Shown: positions 15,839 to 25,695 of the stretch, one piece after another | Position numbering within the stretch: position 1 is the stretch's first letter | Layout: the number at the start of each line of letters is the position of its first letter | IMG/VR virus record: IMGVR_UViG_3300045988_101875 | Span: 1 to 44,818 of that record | Strand: one strand, 5' to 3' | DNA from: a virus | Length of the DNA: 44,818 nt | Translations under genes and position numbers: made by a program | Notes under the pieces: generated by a model | The model's input: only the letters and a program-made list of their open reading frames with translations | What the model was told of the DNA's origin: nothing | Database searches by the model: none

Positions 15839-17452
15839 ATGGAGACACATCAACCCTGCCCTGCTTGTGGCAGCCATGATGCCCTAACCATCTATGAAGA
15901 TGGGCACAGCTATTGTTTCTCATGTAACACCTACTTTCGCAGTGACAAGGAGGAGAAAAAATTGTCAAGTGGTTTAAAGAAACAAGGTCTGATAGACCTA
16001 CAGGACATGGTGGTCTCCCCCTTGCCTAAGCGGAAACTGACAAAACAGACCTGTGCTAAATATGGCTACTTTACCTCTATGGCACATGGTCAGCCTGTGC
16101 AGGTTGCTTGTTACTATGACGATGATAATAAGCTCTTAGGGCAAAAAATCAGATATGCTGATAAGACCTTTGAAGCTAGAGGTTCTTTTAGTGAGCGGTT
16201 CTTTGGACAACATCTGTTCCAAGGTGGTGGCAAGAAGCTGGTAGTGACCGAGGGTGAGATTGATTGTCTTACAGTCTCGCAGGTACAGGGTAATAAATAT
16301 CCTGTTGTGAGTATTCCTACAGGTGCTGCTAGTGCTGCTAAAGTCTTCAGAGCTAACTTTAATTGGCTAGAGAGCTTTGAGGAAGTCATTGTCATGTTTG
16401 ATATGGATGATGCAGGAAGAAAAGCTGTGAAGGCTGTTAGCGGTATCTTGTCCCCTAACAAACTTAAGATAGCATGGCTACCTTGTAAAGACCCTAATGA
16501 GTGTTTACAGGAAGGCAAGGCTGATGCTGTTGTCAAAGCTGTTTGGGAAGCTAAGACATACACCCCTGCTGACATCATCAAAGGTGATGAACTGTGGGAG
16601 GTATTGTCTAAGCATGAAGAATCCCTGAACTACCCCTTGCCTTGGGACATCCCACTGCAAAACATGACTGATGGGTTACGAAAAGGTGAGCTGGTAGTTA
16701 TCACAGCAGGTACAGGTATAGGTAAAACTACGTTCGTTAGACAACTAGCCTATCATCTTGGTACTGAGTGCTATTGTAAAGTAGGGATGCTGATGTTGGA
16801 AGAAAACGTCAAGCACACCGCCAATGGTCTTGTGTGTCTGAAGCTTGGCAAACCTGCCCATAGACCTATCATTGACAGTGAGTACAAAAAAGCCTTTGAA
16901 GACATCATGGATAATTTTGTCTTCTACAATCACTTCGGCTCTCTCGAATGTGAAGACCTCTTGCAGACCATCCGTTACATGGTGACAGGTGAGCAGGTGG
17001 ATTTTGTTGTCTTAGACCACATCTCCATTGCTATCAGCGGTCTTGACATTGAAAATGAGCGTAAGGCTACTGATGTCCTTATGACGAAACTTCGTTCGCT
17101 TGTAGAAGAAACAGGTGTAGGAATGTTGGTTGTCTCTCACCTACGTAGAACTGACGGCACTCCTGCTGAAGAAGGTGGTGCTCTCTCCCTTTCACATCTG
17201 CGTGGTTCACAGGCTATCTCACAACTCTCTGATGCTGTGTGGGGTCTTGAAAGAAACCAGCAGGATGAGGGAATGAAGAAGAACCTTGTGCGTGTCAGGG
17301 TACTGAAGAACAGATATAGCGGTGATACAGGTATCGCCGGATACCTTGCATATGACAAGGAACATAATATCTTAAAAGCTGTAAAGGACTTATCAGAATA
17401 TAATGCACCTGAGTGTCCTTTTGATACTGAAGAAGAGAAAGGAGATTTTTAG
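15839..17452 (+). CDS. DNA primase/helicase (T7 gp4-like).
   Basis: N-terminal CPACGSHDALTIYEDGHSYCFSC zinc ribbon, TOPRIM segment, Walker A GTGIGKTT and DnaB-family motifs. Confidence 0.9.
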   Translation: METHQPCPACGSHDALTIYEDGHSYCFSCNTYFRSDKEEKKLSSGLKKQGLIDLQDMVVSPLPKRKLTKQTCAKYGYFTSMAHGQPVQVACYYDDDNKLLGQKIRYADKTFEARGSFSERFFGQHLFQGGGKKLVVTEGEIDCLTVSQVQGNKYPVVSIPTGAASAAKVFRANFNWLESFEEVIVMFDMDDAGRKAVKAVSGILSPNKLKIAWLPCKDPNECLQEGKADAVVKAVWEAKTYTPADIIKGDELWEVLSKHEESLNYPLPWDIPLQNMTDGLRKGELVVITAGTGIGKTTFVRQLAYHLGTECYCKVGMLMLEENVKHTANGLVCLKLGKPAHRPIIDSEYKKAFEDIMDNFVFYNHFGSLECEDLLQTIRYMVTGEQVDFVVLDHISIAISGLDIENERKATDVLMTKLRSLVEETGVGMLVVSHLRRTDGTPAEEGGALSLSHLRGSQAISQLSDAVWGLERNQQDEGMKKNLVRVRVLKNRYSGDTGIAGYLAYDKEHNILKAVKDLSEYNAPECPFDTEEEKGDF

Positions 17453-17686
17453 ATGTTTGAAATCTTAGAAAAGCTTATTGATTGGTGTACTTCCCTGCTG
17501 TCTTGGTTGTCGCGTAAGCAGGTCGAAGCTGCTAAGGCTCGTATCAAGAACTGCAATAGCATGATTCATAATGCTAACAAGGCTAAGATTGCATACTTGC
17601 AGAAGCATGAGAAGACAATCAATGCTCTTGAAAACGAGCGTGAGCGCATGGAATACTTCTTGTCGCAAGATGCTGTGGAGCTGTAA
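17453..17686 (+). CDS. Hypothetical protein (77 aa, coiled-coil).
   Basis: ORF contiguous with neighbours. Confidence 0.45.
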   Translation: MFEILEKLIDWCTSLLSWLSRKQVEAAKARIKNCNSMIHNANKAKIAYLQKHEKTINALENERERMEYFLSQDAVEL

Positions 17687-17688
17687 TT

Positions 17689-18130
17689 ATGTTGGATACA
17701 AAACAATGTAATACATGTGGTAGAATCCTGCCTTTATCCTCTTTTTATCTAAGAGGTAAGGGGGGATAGAGCAGCAGGAACACCACGTCATCAATGTAAA
17801 GAATGTCGAGCAAAGATAGCATCTGCATATTATCAAAAACATAAAGAAGCACACAATAAAGTTGCAAATAGGTATCACCGCTTGAAATTTGCAGGTTTTT
17901 CAGAAGACCATTACAATCAAAAATTTCAAGAACAAAAAGGGTGTTGTGCTATTTGTGGTAAGGCAGTTTCAGAAGTAAAGCGTAAAGTACTCTGTGCAGA
18001 CCATAATCATGCCACAGGTAAGCCTAGAGGTTTATTATGTCCTATATGTAATTTAATGCTTGGCTATGCTTATGATGATATTGCTGTTTTAGAAAAAGCA
18101 ATACAGTATTTAAAGAAATATGAGGAATAA
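17689..18130 (+). pseudogene. Endo VII-type HNH endonuclease interrupted by a +1 frameshift at a G6 run (17760-17765). The N-terminal CxxC...CxxC zinc-ribbon part is in frame 1 (17689-17769); the HNH core is in frame 2 (17753-18130).
   Basis: Removing one G fuses MLDTKQCNTCGRILPLSSFYLRGKG to DRAAGTPRHQCKECRAK...KGCCAICGK...DHNHATGKPRGLLCPICNLMLG. Paralogous to the intron-encoded ORF at 19490-20068. Confidence 0.55.
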
Positions 18131-18132
18131 TT

Positions 18133-19463
18133 ATGCTTTACTTTGATATAGAAACAGATGGTCTTTTAGATACCCTCACCAAAGGGCACTGCATGGTTAT
18201 TATTGATGAACAAAATAATATATCAGCGTATCGTCCTGATACTTTCAAAAAAGGAGCTATGAGATTAATTTCTGCTCTAAAAGATGGCGAAAGTATTGTA
18301 GGGCATAATATTATTTCCTTCGACTTAGAAGCTCTTGCTAAGCTCTATCCTGAGTTCCGCATAAAGCGAGAATGGAGACCACAAGTCTTAGATACTCTTG
18401 TACTTGCACGTCTTATCTGTGGCAACATAGAAGATACTGACCACGCTAGAGTACGTAATGGTACACTCCCTGCTAAGCTGCTTGGTAGGCAGTCTCTAAA
18501 GGCGTGGGGGTATCGCCTTGGGGAGCTTAAAGGTACGTATGGTGAACAAGAAGATGCATGGGATTCCTTTAGTGAAGAGATGCTCTCCTATTGTGTGCAG
18601 GATGTCACTGTCACAAAGAAGCTCTATACATACCTTATGAAGATTGGAGCACCTGCTAAGGCTATAGAGCTGGAGCATCAGGCACAATGGCTGATGTCTA
18701 AGCAGGAGCGAAATGGTTTTGTCTTTGATTTAGAAAAGGCAGAGAAGCTGAGGGAAACCTTAGAGCTACGCTATGCTGTGTTGTCTTCTCAGCTCGTGGC
18801 GATTGTGCCACAGATACCTGATAAGGTCTTCGTACCTAAGAGAGACAACAAACGCTTAGGTTATAAGAAGGGTGTCCCTATCCAAAGATATAAGGATTTT
18901 AATCCTAGTAGCAGACAGCAGGTGGCATGGGTGCTGGAACATCAATTTAATTATCTGCCGGAAAACGAAGACTGCTATGAGGATGAAAGACTGAAGATTG
19001 ATGGTGATACCTTTAAGTTTATTAAGGGTGACGAAAACGCACCACAGGAGCTAAGAGATTTAGCTGCTGTCTTTGAGGAATACCTTATGGTAGCTAAGCG
19101 TCTTGGACAGTTAGCCACAGGTAACCAAGCATGGCTGAAGCATGTTAAGGCTGATGGTAGAATCCATGGCAGCGTAAACCCTTGTGGTACTGTAACAGGA
19201 CGTGCTACCCATGCGAACCCTAATGTTGCCCAAGTACCCCACGTTGGCAGTCCCTACGGACAAGAGTGCAGGGAATTGTTTAGAGCACCTGAGGGTTGGT
19301 TTGAGGTGGGTGTAGATGCCTGTGGCTTGGAGCTTAGGTGTCTAGCACATTATCTTTATCCCTATGATAAAGGTGCTTATGCCCATGTTATCTTGAATGG
19401 TGATATCCACACATTGAATCAACAGGCTGCTGGGTTACCTACAAGAAACCAAGCGAAGACCTT
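18133..19463 (+). CDS. DNA polymerase (T7 gp5-like, family A), exon 1 (3'-5' exonuclease and N-terminal polymerase part).
   Basis: MLYFDIETDGL Exo I motif. ...GDIHTLNQQAAGLPTRNQAKTF aligns with T7 ...GDIHTKNQIAAELPTRDNAKTF. Confidence 0.9.
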
Positions 19464-20149
19464 TGACTAAATAGAGGTCTATAAACCCATTGAAAACGGT
19501 GAAACTCTCACTGAGACAATACCGTGCGAAGCTAAAAAGGAGAAGAATGACTAGAGAAGATTATCTACAAAAGATGCTACAAATTGTGGCAGGAAATAAA
19601 CCTAAGAAATTACAGACAGCAAAACCAAGTAAGTACCCACAAGGCTATTTCAAAGCAAAGAAATGTAAGCATTGTGGGTCTATTTTTATTCCTAAAGCTC
19701 CTTCTGAGCATTACTGCTGTGACTTCTGTAAAGATTATGGTGTCACCAATGCTTACTATAAAAGAGTGTATGGTCTTACCCTTGATGATGTATTAGATAT
19801 GGCAGAAAATCAAAATTTTGTCTGTGCTATTTGTCATGGTGATAACTTTGCTATGAATGATTGCCACTCAGGGGTGCTTGTTGTTGACCATGACCACGAG
19901 ACAGGTAAAGTGCGTGGGTTGGTCTGTCATAACTGTAATCGTGCCTTAGGTTTGCTACATGATGATGTTGATAATTTCCGTAGAGCTATTTCCTATTTAG
20001 AACGTGTAACGACTATTCCGGAAGGAAGTACAGTACAAGCTGATGGTGCTGGAAGCGGTGGGCATTGATGATATAGTCTGCTCTCATAGGTGACTATGAG
20101 CTGTCCTTATGGACGCATAGGGTGTTGCGAACCCTATGGAACATTTTGG
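19464..20149 (+). mobile_element. Approx. 686-bp intervening sequence in the DNA polymerase gene, carrying an HNH endonuclease ORF; most likely a group I intron.
   Basis: Joining 19463 to 20150 restores KTF|IYAFLYGSGD (T7: KTFIYGFLYGAGDE). The upstream exon ends in T, the insertion ends in G, and the insertion carries in-frame stops. Confidence 0.7.
19490..20068 (+). CDS. Intron-encoded HNH (Endo VII-type) homing endonuclease.
   Basis: CKHCG...CCDFC zinc ribbon and VVDHDHETGKVRGLVCHNCNRALG HNH core. The true start may be ATG at 19547 (SD aaaaggag). Confidence 0.75.
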   Translation: MKTVKLSLRQYRAKLKRRRMTREDYLQKMLQIVAGNKPKKLQTAKPSKYPQGYFKAKKCKHCGSIFIPKAPSEHYCCDFCKDYGVTNAYYKRVYGLTLDDVLDMAENQNFVCAICHGDNFAMNDCHSGVLVVDHDHETGKVRGLVCHNCNRALGLLHDDVDNFRRAISYLERVTTIPEGSTVQADGAGSGGH

Positions 20150-20675
20150 TATTTATGCATTTCTCTATGGTAGTGGAGACAAAAATCTTGGCAAGCTTCT
20201 TGGTGGTGATGAAGCTATGGGCAAGAAAGCAAAGAATAAGTTTCTGAAGGCTACCCCTGCTATCAAGATGCTGCGTGAAGCTGTCAAGAATACACTTGTG
20301 GTTGAGTACCACGGCAAAATTAAAGAATGGAAACGAAAATATTTAAGAGGGTTGGATGGCAGACATCTCCATGTGAGAAGTCTACATTCAGCTCTCAATT
20401 TGCTTTTACAGTCCTGTGGTGCATTGATATGTAAAAAATGGACTGTAACTTGGGAAGAAAATATGGTGAAGGCTGGCTATGACCATGGCAAAGACTTCTT
20501 TTGGATGGCAAATATTCATGATGAATCCCAAATAGCCTGCCGTACTAAAGAGATAGCTGAAGATGCTAGCCGAATTGCCCAAGAATCTATGAGACAAACA
20601 CAAGAATATTATGGAATCAGATGCCAATTAGATACCGAGGGAAAGATTGGTCAAAATTGGTATGATTGTCATTGA
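20150..20675 (+). CDS. DNA polymerase exon 2 (motifs B and C, C-terminus).
   Basis: IYAFLYGSGDKNLGKLL...VHDESQIACR...LDTEGKIGQNWYDCH aligns with the T7 gp5 C-terminus (...LDTEGKMGPNWAICH). Confidence 0.88.
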
Positions 20676-20684
20676 GGTGTAAGA

Positions 20685-21071
20685 ATGTTTAACATCCCTA
20701 CTCTACTCTTAGTCATATGCACCGCCTATACCCCTGCCTTTGACGAATGTGGCAAGAACGATGGCATCACAGCAAGCGGACACCCTGCAATCATGGGGCA
20801 AACAGTAGCCTGTGATGGACTACCTCTAGGAACTGAGGTGGTTATTGATGGACACAGCTATATCGTTCAGGACAGGTTCGGCGGTGATTATGGTAAGACA
20901 AAAATTGATATTTTTATGAACACTAAAGCAGAAGCCTTTAGGTTCGGAAGACAAACAAAAATTGTGGAGGTAAAGCCTTATGTCGAAACAAAAGCAACCT
21001 TTTGTGCCAAAGATTGGTCAGAAGGTCTATATAAAACGTCAGAACTCCTTAGGAGAGACCGTTTATTTTGA
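20685..21071 (+). CDS. 3D-domain (MltA/YuiC-like) peptidoglycan-lytic lipoprotein or secreted protein.
   Basis: Signal-like N-terminus, then GITASGHPAIMGQTVACDGLPLGTEVVIDGHSYIVQDRFGGDYGKTKIDIF (3D-domain pattern). Confidence 0.6.
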   Translation: MFNIPTLLLVICTAYTPAFDECGKNDGITASGHPAIMGQTVACDGLPLGTEVVIDGHSYIVQDRFGGDYGKTKIDIFMNTKAEAFRFGRQTKIVEVKPYVETKATFCAKDWSEGLYKTSELLRRDRLF

Positions 21072-21195
21072 GGGTGTGGTAACAAGAATCCGCATCGAAA
21101 TCCAATGTAAACAAGGTGGCTTTATGACTATTGCATCCCCACATACCTTAGAGACCAAAGCAAAGGGTCTTGTAGCAGGAGGTGCCCTGTTCTAA
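20980..21195 (+). CDS. Hypothetical protein (71 aa); overlaps the 3' end of the previous gene in another frame.
   Basis: SD ggaggt 9 nt upstream of ATG 20980. KOW/SH3-like KIGQKVYIKRQ...VVTRIRIE segment. Confidence 0.4.
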   Translation: MSKQKQPFVPKIGQKVYIKRQNSLGETVYFEGVVTRIRIEIQCKQGGFMTIASPHTLETKAKGLVAGGALF

Positions 21196-21815
21196 TGCCT
21201 ACTGTTGGACTTATTTCTATGACCCCTAACTACATGGCACTCTTGGAGTGTGCTTGTAGACAACCCTATGGTAAAGATGTTAACGAGAAGTCTATCAAGA
21301 AAATTATTGAGAGCGGACATCTTAGTGTCTTGGAGCACTGCTATGCTTCCTTTTTGGTGACATGTTCTGTGCGTGTCTTAGGACAACTCACGAGACATCG
21401 CCACCTCAGCTTCACCTGTAAATCTGCTAGAGGCAGTGTCTTTGATACCTGCATTATCCCTGATGGTATGTATGATTTTGCTAAAAAGCATGGCGTACCT
21501 AAAGAAGTAGTTGATTCTATGATTGATAAGCATCCTATGCTTCATGCTTACAAAGAATGTATTGCTGATGGTCTTAGTGAGCAGGATGCTGCCTATTTTT
21601 TGCCACAGGGTGTTGAAACATCCCTTGTTGTAACCGGAAACTTTAGAGCATGGTGTGAATACTTGCCTAAGCGTTTGTGCAAGAGAGCCATGCCTGAGCA
21701 TAGAAAGTTAGCTGAAGCCATCCAAAAATGTTTGGCTGATGCTGCACCTGAAATCTTTGATAGAAGCTTTATGAACTGTGCTCACTGTACTGAAAGGAGC
21801 TGTGATTTTAAATGA
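21195..21815 (+). CDS. thyX: Flavin-dependent thymidylate synthase ThyX.
   Basis: RHRHLSFTCKSAR matches the ThyX RHRxxSxxxxSxR signature. Confidence 0.8.
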   Translation: MPTVGLISMTPNYMALLECACRQPYGKDVNEKSIKKIIESGHLSVLEHCYASFLVTCSVRVLGQLTRHRHLSFTCKSARGSVFDTCIIPDGMYDFAKKHGVPKEVVDSMIDKHPMLHAYKECIADGLSEQDAAYFLPQGVETSLVVTGNFRAWCEYLPKRLCKRAMPEHRKLAEAIQKCLADAAPEIFDRSFMNCAHCTERSCDFK

Positions 21816-21943
21816 ATTGGAGAGCTATTGCTATTTATATCCTCTTGCTTATCCTGTTTCTCACTGTTGTTTATGGTCTGATTGTTGGTGGTATCCTTGG
21901 TATTATCCACCTGCTGATGGGGGTATTCAACCTTGGTTGCTAA
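21812..21943 (+). CDS. Small hydrophobic peptide (43 aa).
   Basis: ATGA overlap with the thyX stop. Single TM helix. Confidence 0.3.
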   Translation: MNWRAIAIYILLLILFLTVVYGLIVGGILGIIHLLMGVFNLGC

Positions 21944-22706
21944 ATCTTTAGAACTGTTCTTTGATGCGGACATGATTGTCTTTCGCACCTGTGCAGCAGC
22001 AGAGCAGGAAATTAATTGGTATGGTGACCTGTGGACACTACACTCTGACTTAGCAGAGGTTAAGGATGCTATTGACACAATGGTTGTCAGTATCACCGAT
22101 AAAGTCCTGCGTCACATGGAGCACGAGGGAGCATATACGATTAACATGTGCTTCTCCAGCTACCCCTACTTCCGCTCTAAGGTCTATCCCCCTTATAAGC
22201 TCAATCGTGTGGCTAAGAGAAAACCTCTTGCTTACCATTCTGCTGTTGAGTGGGTAAAGAAAAGCTATAATGTGTTGTCTATCCCAAGTCTTGAAGCAGA
22301 TGATATTTTAGGTATCTATGGAACAGCCCCCTCTACCTCTGCTGTTATTATCAGCGGTGATAAGGATATGCGGTCTATCCCCTGTCCTTTTTACAACTTC
22401 ATTCAGGATACATTCCATAAGACAACAAAAGCAGAAGCTGATTATCAGTTCCTGTATCAAACCCTTGTCGGTGATGCTACTGATAACTACAAAGGTTGTC
22501 CTAAGATTGGTGAGGTTGGTGCAAAGAAAATCCTAGACAAAGACTGCTCATGGGATGCCGTGGTGGCTGCCTATGAGAAAGCAGGTTTGTCTGAGGAAGA
22601 AGCACTGACACAGGCAAGAGTTGCACGTATTCTCAGATTTGAGGATGTTGATAAAGACTTTAAGCCTATCCTTTGGACACCCAAAGGGTCACAAAAGAGA
22701 CAATAA
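21933..22706 (+). CDS. 5'-3' exonuclease (T7 gp6-like FEN family).
   Basis: C-terminal ARVARILRFEDVDKDFKPILWTP matches T7 gp6 QMARILRFNEYNFIDKEIYLWRP. Internal SIPSLEADDILG and ISGDKDM motifs. TTG start; the alternative is ATG at 21972. Confidence 0.8.
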   Translation: MVAKSLELFFDADMIVFRTCAAAEQEINWYGDLWTLHSDLAEVKDAIDTMVVSITDKVLRHMEHEGAYTINMCFSSYPYFRSKVYPPYKLNRVAKRKPLAYHSAVEWVKKSYNVLSIPSLEADDILGIYGTAPSTSAVIISGDKDMRSIPCPFYNFIQDTFHKTTKAEADYQFLYQTLVGDATDNYKGCPKIGEVGAKKILDKDCSWDAVVAAYEKAGLSEEEALTQARVARILRFEDVDKDFKPILWTPKGSQKRQ

Positions 22707-22729
22707 AGTAAAGGGGCATATAAGCGACA

Positions 22730-22945
22730 ATGAATATTAATATTGTAACTAATAAAGGGGATGATGGAGAAAAACTACCATATGTAAACCCTATGATTTA
22801 TGAACATTTAGAGAAAGCCTACAGTCTTGGTAGCCTTATGACACACAACTTCAAAACAAATGACGAGCATATTGGATATATTAAGGGAGTTATGGATGTG
22901 CTTGGGCATATCAAGATGATGGCTAACTTGAATGACGAGGAGTGA
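22730..22945 (+). CDS. Hypothetical protein (71 aa).
   Basis: ORF with SD aaagggg. Confidence 0.45.
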   Translation: MNINIVTNKGDDGEKLPYVNPMIYEHLEKAYSLGSLMTHNFKTNDEHIGYIKGVMDVLGHIKMMANLNDEE

Positions 22946-22949
22946 TAAG

Positions 22950-23138
22950 ATGTGCTGGAAGATTAAGACACCCAGCGTAAATACTGATGTATCTGCATCC
23001 TCCTTAGTACCGGAAACCAATGCTAAAGACCCTGATAGTCCTGAGTATGGTGGTACTGCTGATACCTTTAACAAGAAAAAAGGTAGACAACAACTGACGA
23101 TTGCTCGCAATGGCGTGTACAATCCCACACAGTTGTAG
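22950..23138 (+). CDS. Hypothetical small protein (62 aa).
   Basis: ATG at 22950 with SD ggagtg 7 nt upstream. The track start at 22932 lies inside the previous gene. Confidence 0.4.
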   Translation: MCWKIKTPSVNTDVSASSLVPETNAKDPDSPEYGGTADTFNKKKGRQQLTIARNGVYNPTQL

Positions 23139-23150
23139 AGAGGAGGAACT

Positions 23151-23330
23151 ATGTGCGGTAAAAAACCAAAAGTACAACAAGCTGCTCCTGCTGCTGCCCC
23201 TGTTGCAGCACCCTTGAAGATTGATAATGTGGCTGAGGATACCAAAAAGGAAAATCCGAACGCTAAGACCAAGGGTAAAAAGAAGCTTACCATTACTCAG
23301 ATTGGTAGCGGTACAGGGGTGAACCTTTAA
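23151..23330 (+). CDS. Small Ala/Lys-rich protein (59 aa); not in the ORF track because it is under 60 aa.
   Basis: SD agaggagga 4 nt upstream. Stop overlaps the portal ATG. Confidence 0.45.
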   Translation: MCGKKPKVQQAAPAAAPVAAPLKIDNVAEDTKKENPNAKTKGKKKLTITQIGSGTGVNL

Positions 23331-24877
23331 TGGCAGAGACAGCAAAAGCTTTATATGAGCGATTGGCTATTGAGCGTGAGGTGTATATTGATAGAGCTGA
23401 GGATTGTGCAAAATATACAATCCCTTTTTTATTTCCTAAAAAAGAAGCTAATGGTACTACTAAGTACCCTACGCCCTACCAAGCAGTAGGTGCAAGAGGT
23501 GTCAATAACCTCACTTCAAAGCTGGTATTAGCTCTGTTCCCTCCAAACACACCCTTTTTCAGACAAGACATCCGAGATGATGTCCTCAAATACTATGAGA
23601 GCAAACCTGAAGACAAACAAGAGATAGAGCAAGCATTAGTACAAAGAGAACAAACGGCTCAGAAATACTTTGAATCTTCGCAGATGCGTGTCTCCATGGA
23701 GGTGTGTCTGAAACAGCTTATTATAGCTGGCAATGCTTTACTGTTCTTCCCTCCTAAAGAGGGGGGCATTAAAGTCTATAAGCTGAATAGCTATGTGGTA
23801 CAAAGAGACTTTGTGGGACATCCTATTCAGATGATTACCTGTGACAAACTTGCTATCAACACCCTGCCCTATGAGGTCTTAGGACAACTAGATATTGATT
23901 TGTCTACCAAACGTGGTGATGAATTGGTTGAGGTCTATACCCATATCACCTATTCGTCTAAAGACAACAGATATTATAGTTACCAAGAGATTGAGGGTAA
24001 ACAGATTGATGGTTATGAGCAGTCTTTCCCTGCTGATGTTTGTCCTTGGATTCCTGTCCGTCTCTTTAAGATGGATGGTGAACATTATAGTCGCTCGTAT
24101 GTTGAGGAATATATTGGTGACTTAAAGACCTTAGAAGGTCTCTCTAAAGCCATTGCAGAGATGTCTGCTATTGCTGCTTCTGTAATCTACCTTGTGCGCC
24201 CTAATGGTGTGACACAGCCTAGCAAGATTATGAAGACAAAAAATGGTGGCTTTGTAACAGGTAACAAGGAAGATGTTACTTGCCTGTCGCTGGACAAGAC
24301 ACAAGATATGCAGATTGCCAAAATGACTGCTGATGCTATTGAAAGCAGATTGTCTTATGCGTTCATGCTAAATTCTGCTGTCCAACGTAGTGGCGAACGT
24401 GTAACGGCTGAGGAAATCCGCTATGTGGCTAATGAGTTAGAAGATACACTAGGTGGTATTTATTCTATCCTGTCACAAGAATTGCAGTTACCCTTAGCTA
24501 ACACACTTTTAAATATCCTTTCCAAAAAAGGTGAAATCGCTGATGTCCCTAAAGATATTGTGTCTCTTGCCGTAACTACAGGCATGGAAGCTATCGGACG
24601 TGGACATGACCAACAGAAGCTGACTGTCTTTATCCAAGGCATTGCTCAGATTCCTGATGCAGCATCTGTTGTGAATTGGGAAGGTGTTGCTCGTGCTTGG
24701 GCAAACAGTTGTAATCTTGATACCACAGGTTTGATTAAGACTGCTGAACAGATTCAACAGGAACAACAACAGGCACAAATGATGGCAATGGCACAGGCTG
24801 CTGTACCTAATGCAACCAAAGGTGCTATGGATGCCATGAATCAGCAAACACAGGGAGGTAGTGAATCTAATGGCTGA
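23330..24877 (+). CDS. Portal (head-to-tail connector, T7 gp8-like).
   Basis: 515 aa at the gp8 position, followed by scaffold and capsid genes. Confidence 0.8.
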   Translation: MAETAKALYERLAIEREVYIDRAEDCAKYTIPFLFPKKEANGTTKYPTPYQAVGARGVNNLTSKLVLALFPPNTPFFRQDIRDDVLKYYESKPEDKQEIEQALVQREQTAQKYFESSQMRVSMEVCLKQLIIAGNALLFFPPKEGGIKVYKLNSYVVQRDFVGHPIQMITCDKLAINTLPYEVLGQLDIDLSTKRGDELVEVYTHITYSSKDNRYYSYQEIEGKQIDGYEQSFPADVCPWIPVRLFKMDGEHYSRSYVEEYIGDLKTLEGLSKAIAEMSAIAASVIYLVRPNGVTQPSKIMKTKNGGFVTGNKEDVTCLSLDKTQDMQIAKMTADAIESRLSYAFMLNSAVQRSGERVTAEEIRYVANELEDTLGGIYSILSQELQLPLANTLLNILSKKGEIADVPKDIVSLAVTTGMEAIGRGHDQQKLTVFIQGIAQIPDAASVVNWEGVARAWANSCNLDTTGLIKTAEQIQQEQQQAQMMAMAQAAVPNATKGAMDAMNQQTQGGSESNG

Positions 24878-25622
24878 TGTTGAAAATCAAAACACACAGG
24901 TCAATGAAGAACCTAAGGAAACACAGGTAGATATTACTGATACTACTATTGTTTCTAATGGTGAAGTAATTGATACCACTAAAAATGAAGGTGGCAATGG
25001 TGAGGAAGAAACCACCACTAGTGAAAAAGACACCAAAGAAGAAAAAGAAGACAAACCTGCTGAGGAGCAGGAAGACTACCAAAAAGCTAAAGGTGAGATT
25101 GAATCTGCCAAGACCGAGCTGGAAGGTAAAGGCATTGACTATGCTGCCTTAGAAGCTGAATACAATGAAAAAGGTGAGTTGTCTGAAGACAGTTATAAAC
25201 TGTTGGAAGAAAAAGGCTACCCTAAAGCTCTTGTAGAAGCAGCTCTTGCAGGTTGGCAAGCTAAGGCTGATGCTTTTGCTAACAAGATTATTGAGGATGC
25301 AGGTGGTATCAATGAGTACAAACGTATCCAAAAATTTGTTCAGTCCCAAGGTGCAGGTGCTGTCAGTGCCTTCAATGCTATTGTAAACAAAGATGATTTG
25401 TCTGTTGTGTCTGCTTACATTGCAGGTGTAAAGGCTCAAATGGTAGCGCAACATGGTACTGCTAATCCTACTTTAGGTGGCAGTGGTAACGTGGGTAAAT
25501 CCAAAGGCTATACTGATGCCAATGAGATGATTAAGGCTATGAGTGACCCACGCTATGGCAAAGACCCTAACTACATGCAGGAAGTAGAGCGTAAAGTCGC
25601 TGCTTCTAAATTCTTTGGTTAA
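24861..25622 (+). CDS. Scaffolding protein (gp9-like).
   Basis: Highly acidic, Glu/Lys-rich, helical 253-aa protein between portal and capsid. Confidence 0.7.
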   Translation: MNLMADVENQNTQVNEEPKETQVDITDTTIVSNGEVIDTTKNEGGNGEEETTTSEKDTKEEKEDKPAEEQEDYQKAKGEIESAKTELEGKGIDYAALEAEYNEKGELSEDSYKLLEEKGYPKALVEAALAGWQAKADAFANKIIEDAGGINEYKRIQKFVQSQGAGAVSAFNAIVNKDDLSVVSAYIAGVKAQMVAQHGTANPTLGGSGNVGKSKGYTDANEMIKAMSDPRYGKDPNYMQEVERKVAASKFFG

Positions 25623-25633
25623 GACAAAAACGT

Positions 25634-25668
25634 TAACCCCCTCCCATAAGTGGAGGGTTATTTTTTTT
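25634..25668 (+). terminator. Rho-independent terminator between the scaffold and capsid genes.
   Basis: Stem taaccc(cc)tcc/ggagggtta with a 2-nt bulge, followed by T8. Confidence 0.65.
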
Positions 25669-25695
25669 ATTCAAAATTATTAAAGGAGTGATTTA

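Noticed and set aside
20980-21071. Possible programmed frameshift linking the 3D-domain gene and the overlapping 71-aa ORF.
   Set aside because: The overlapping ORF has its own SD (ggaggt) and ATG. No slippery heptamer is evident in the overlap.
22808-23345. Minus-strand ORFs of 161 and 113 aa.
   Set aside because: Antisense to the small + strand genes and the portal start. No ribosome-binding sites, and inconsistent with the unidirectional late operon.
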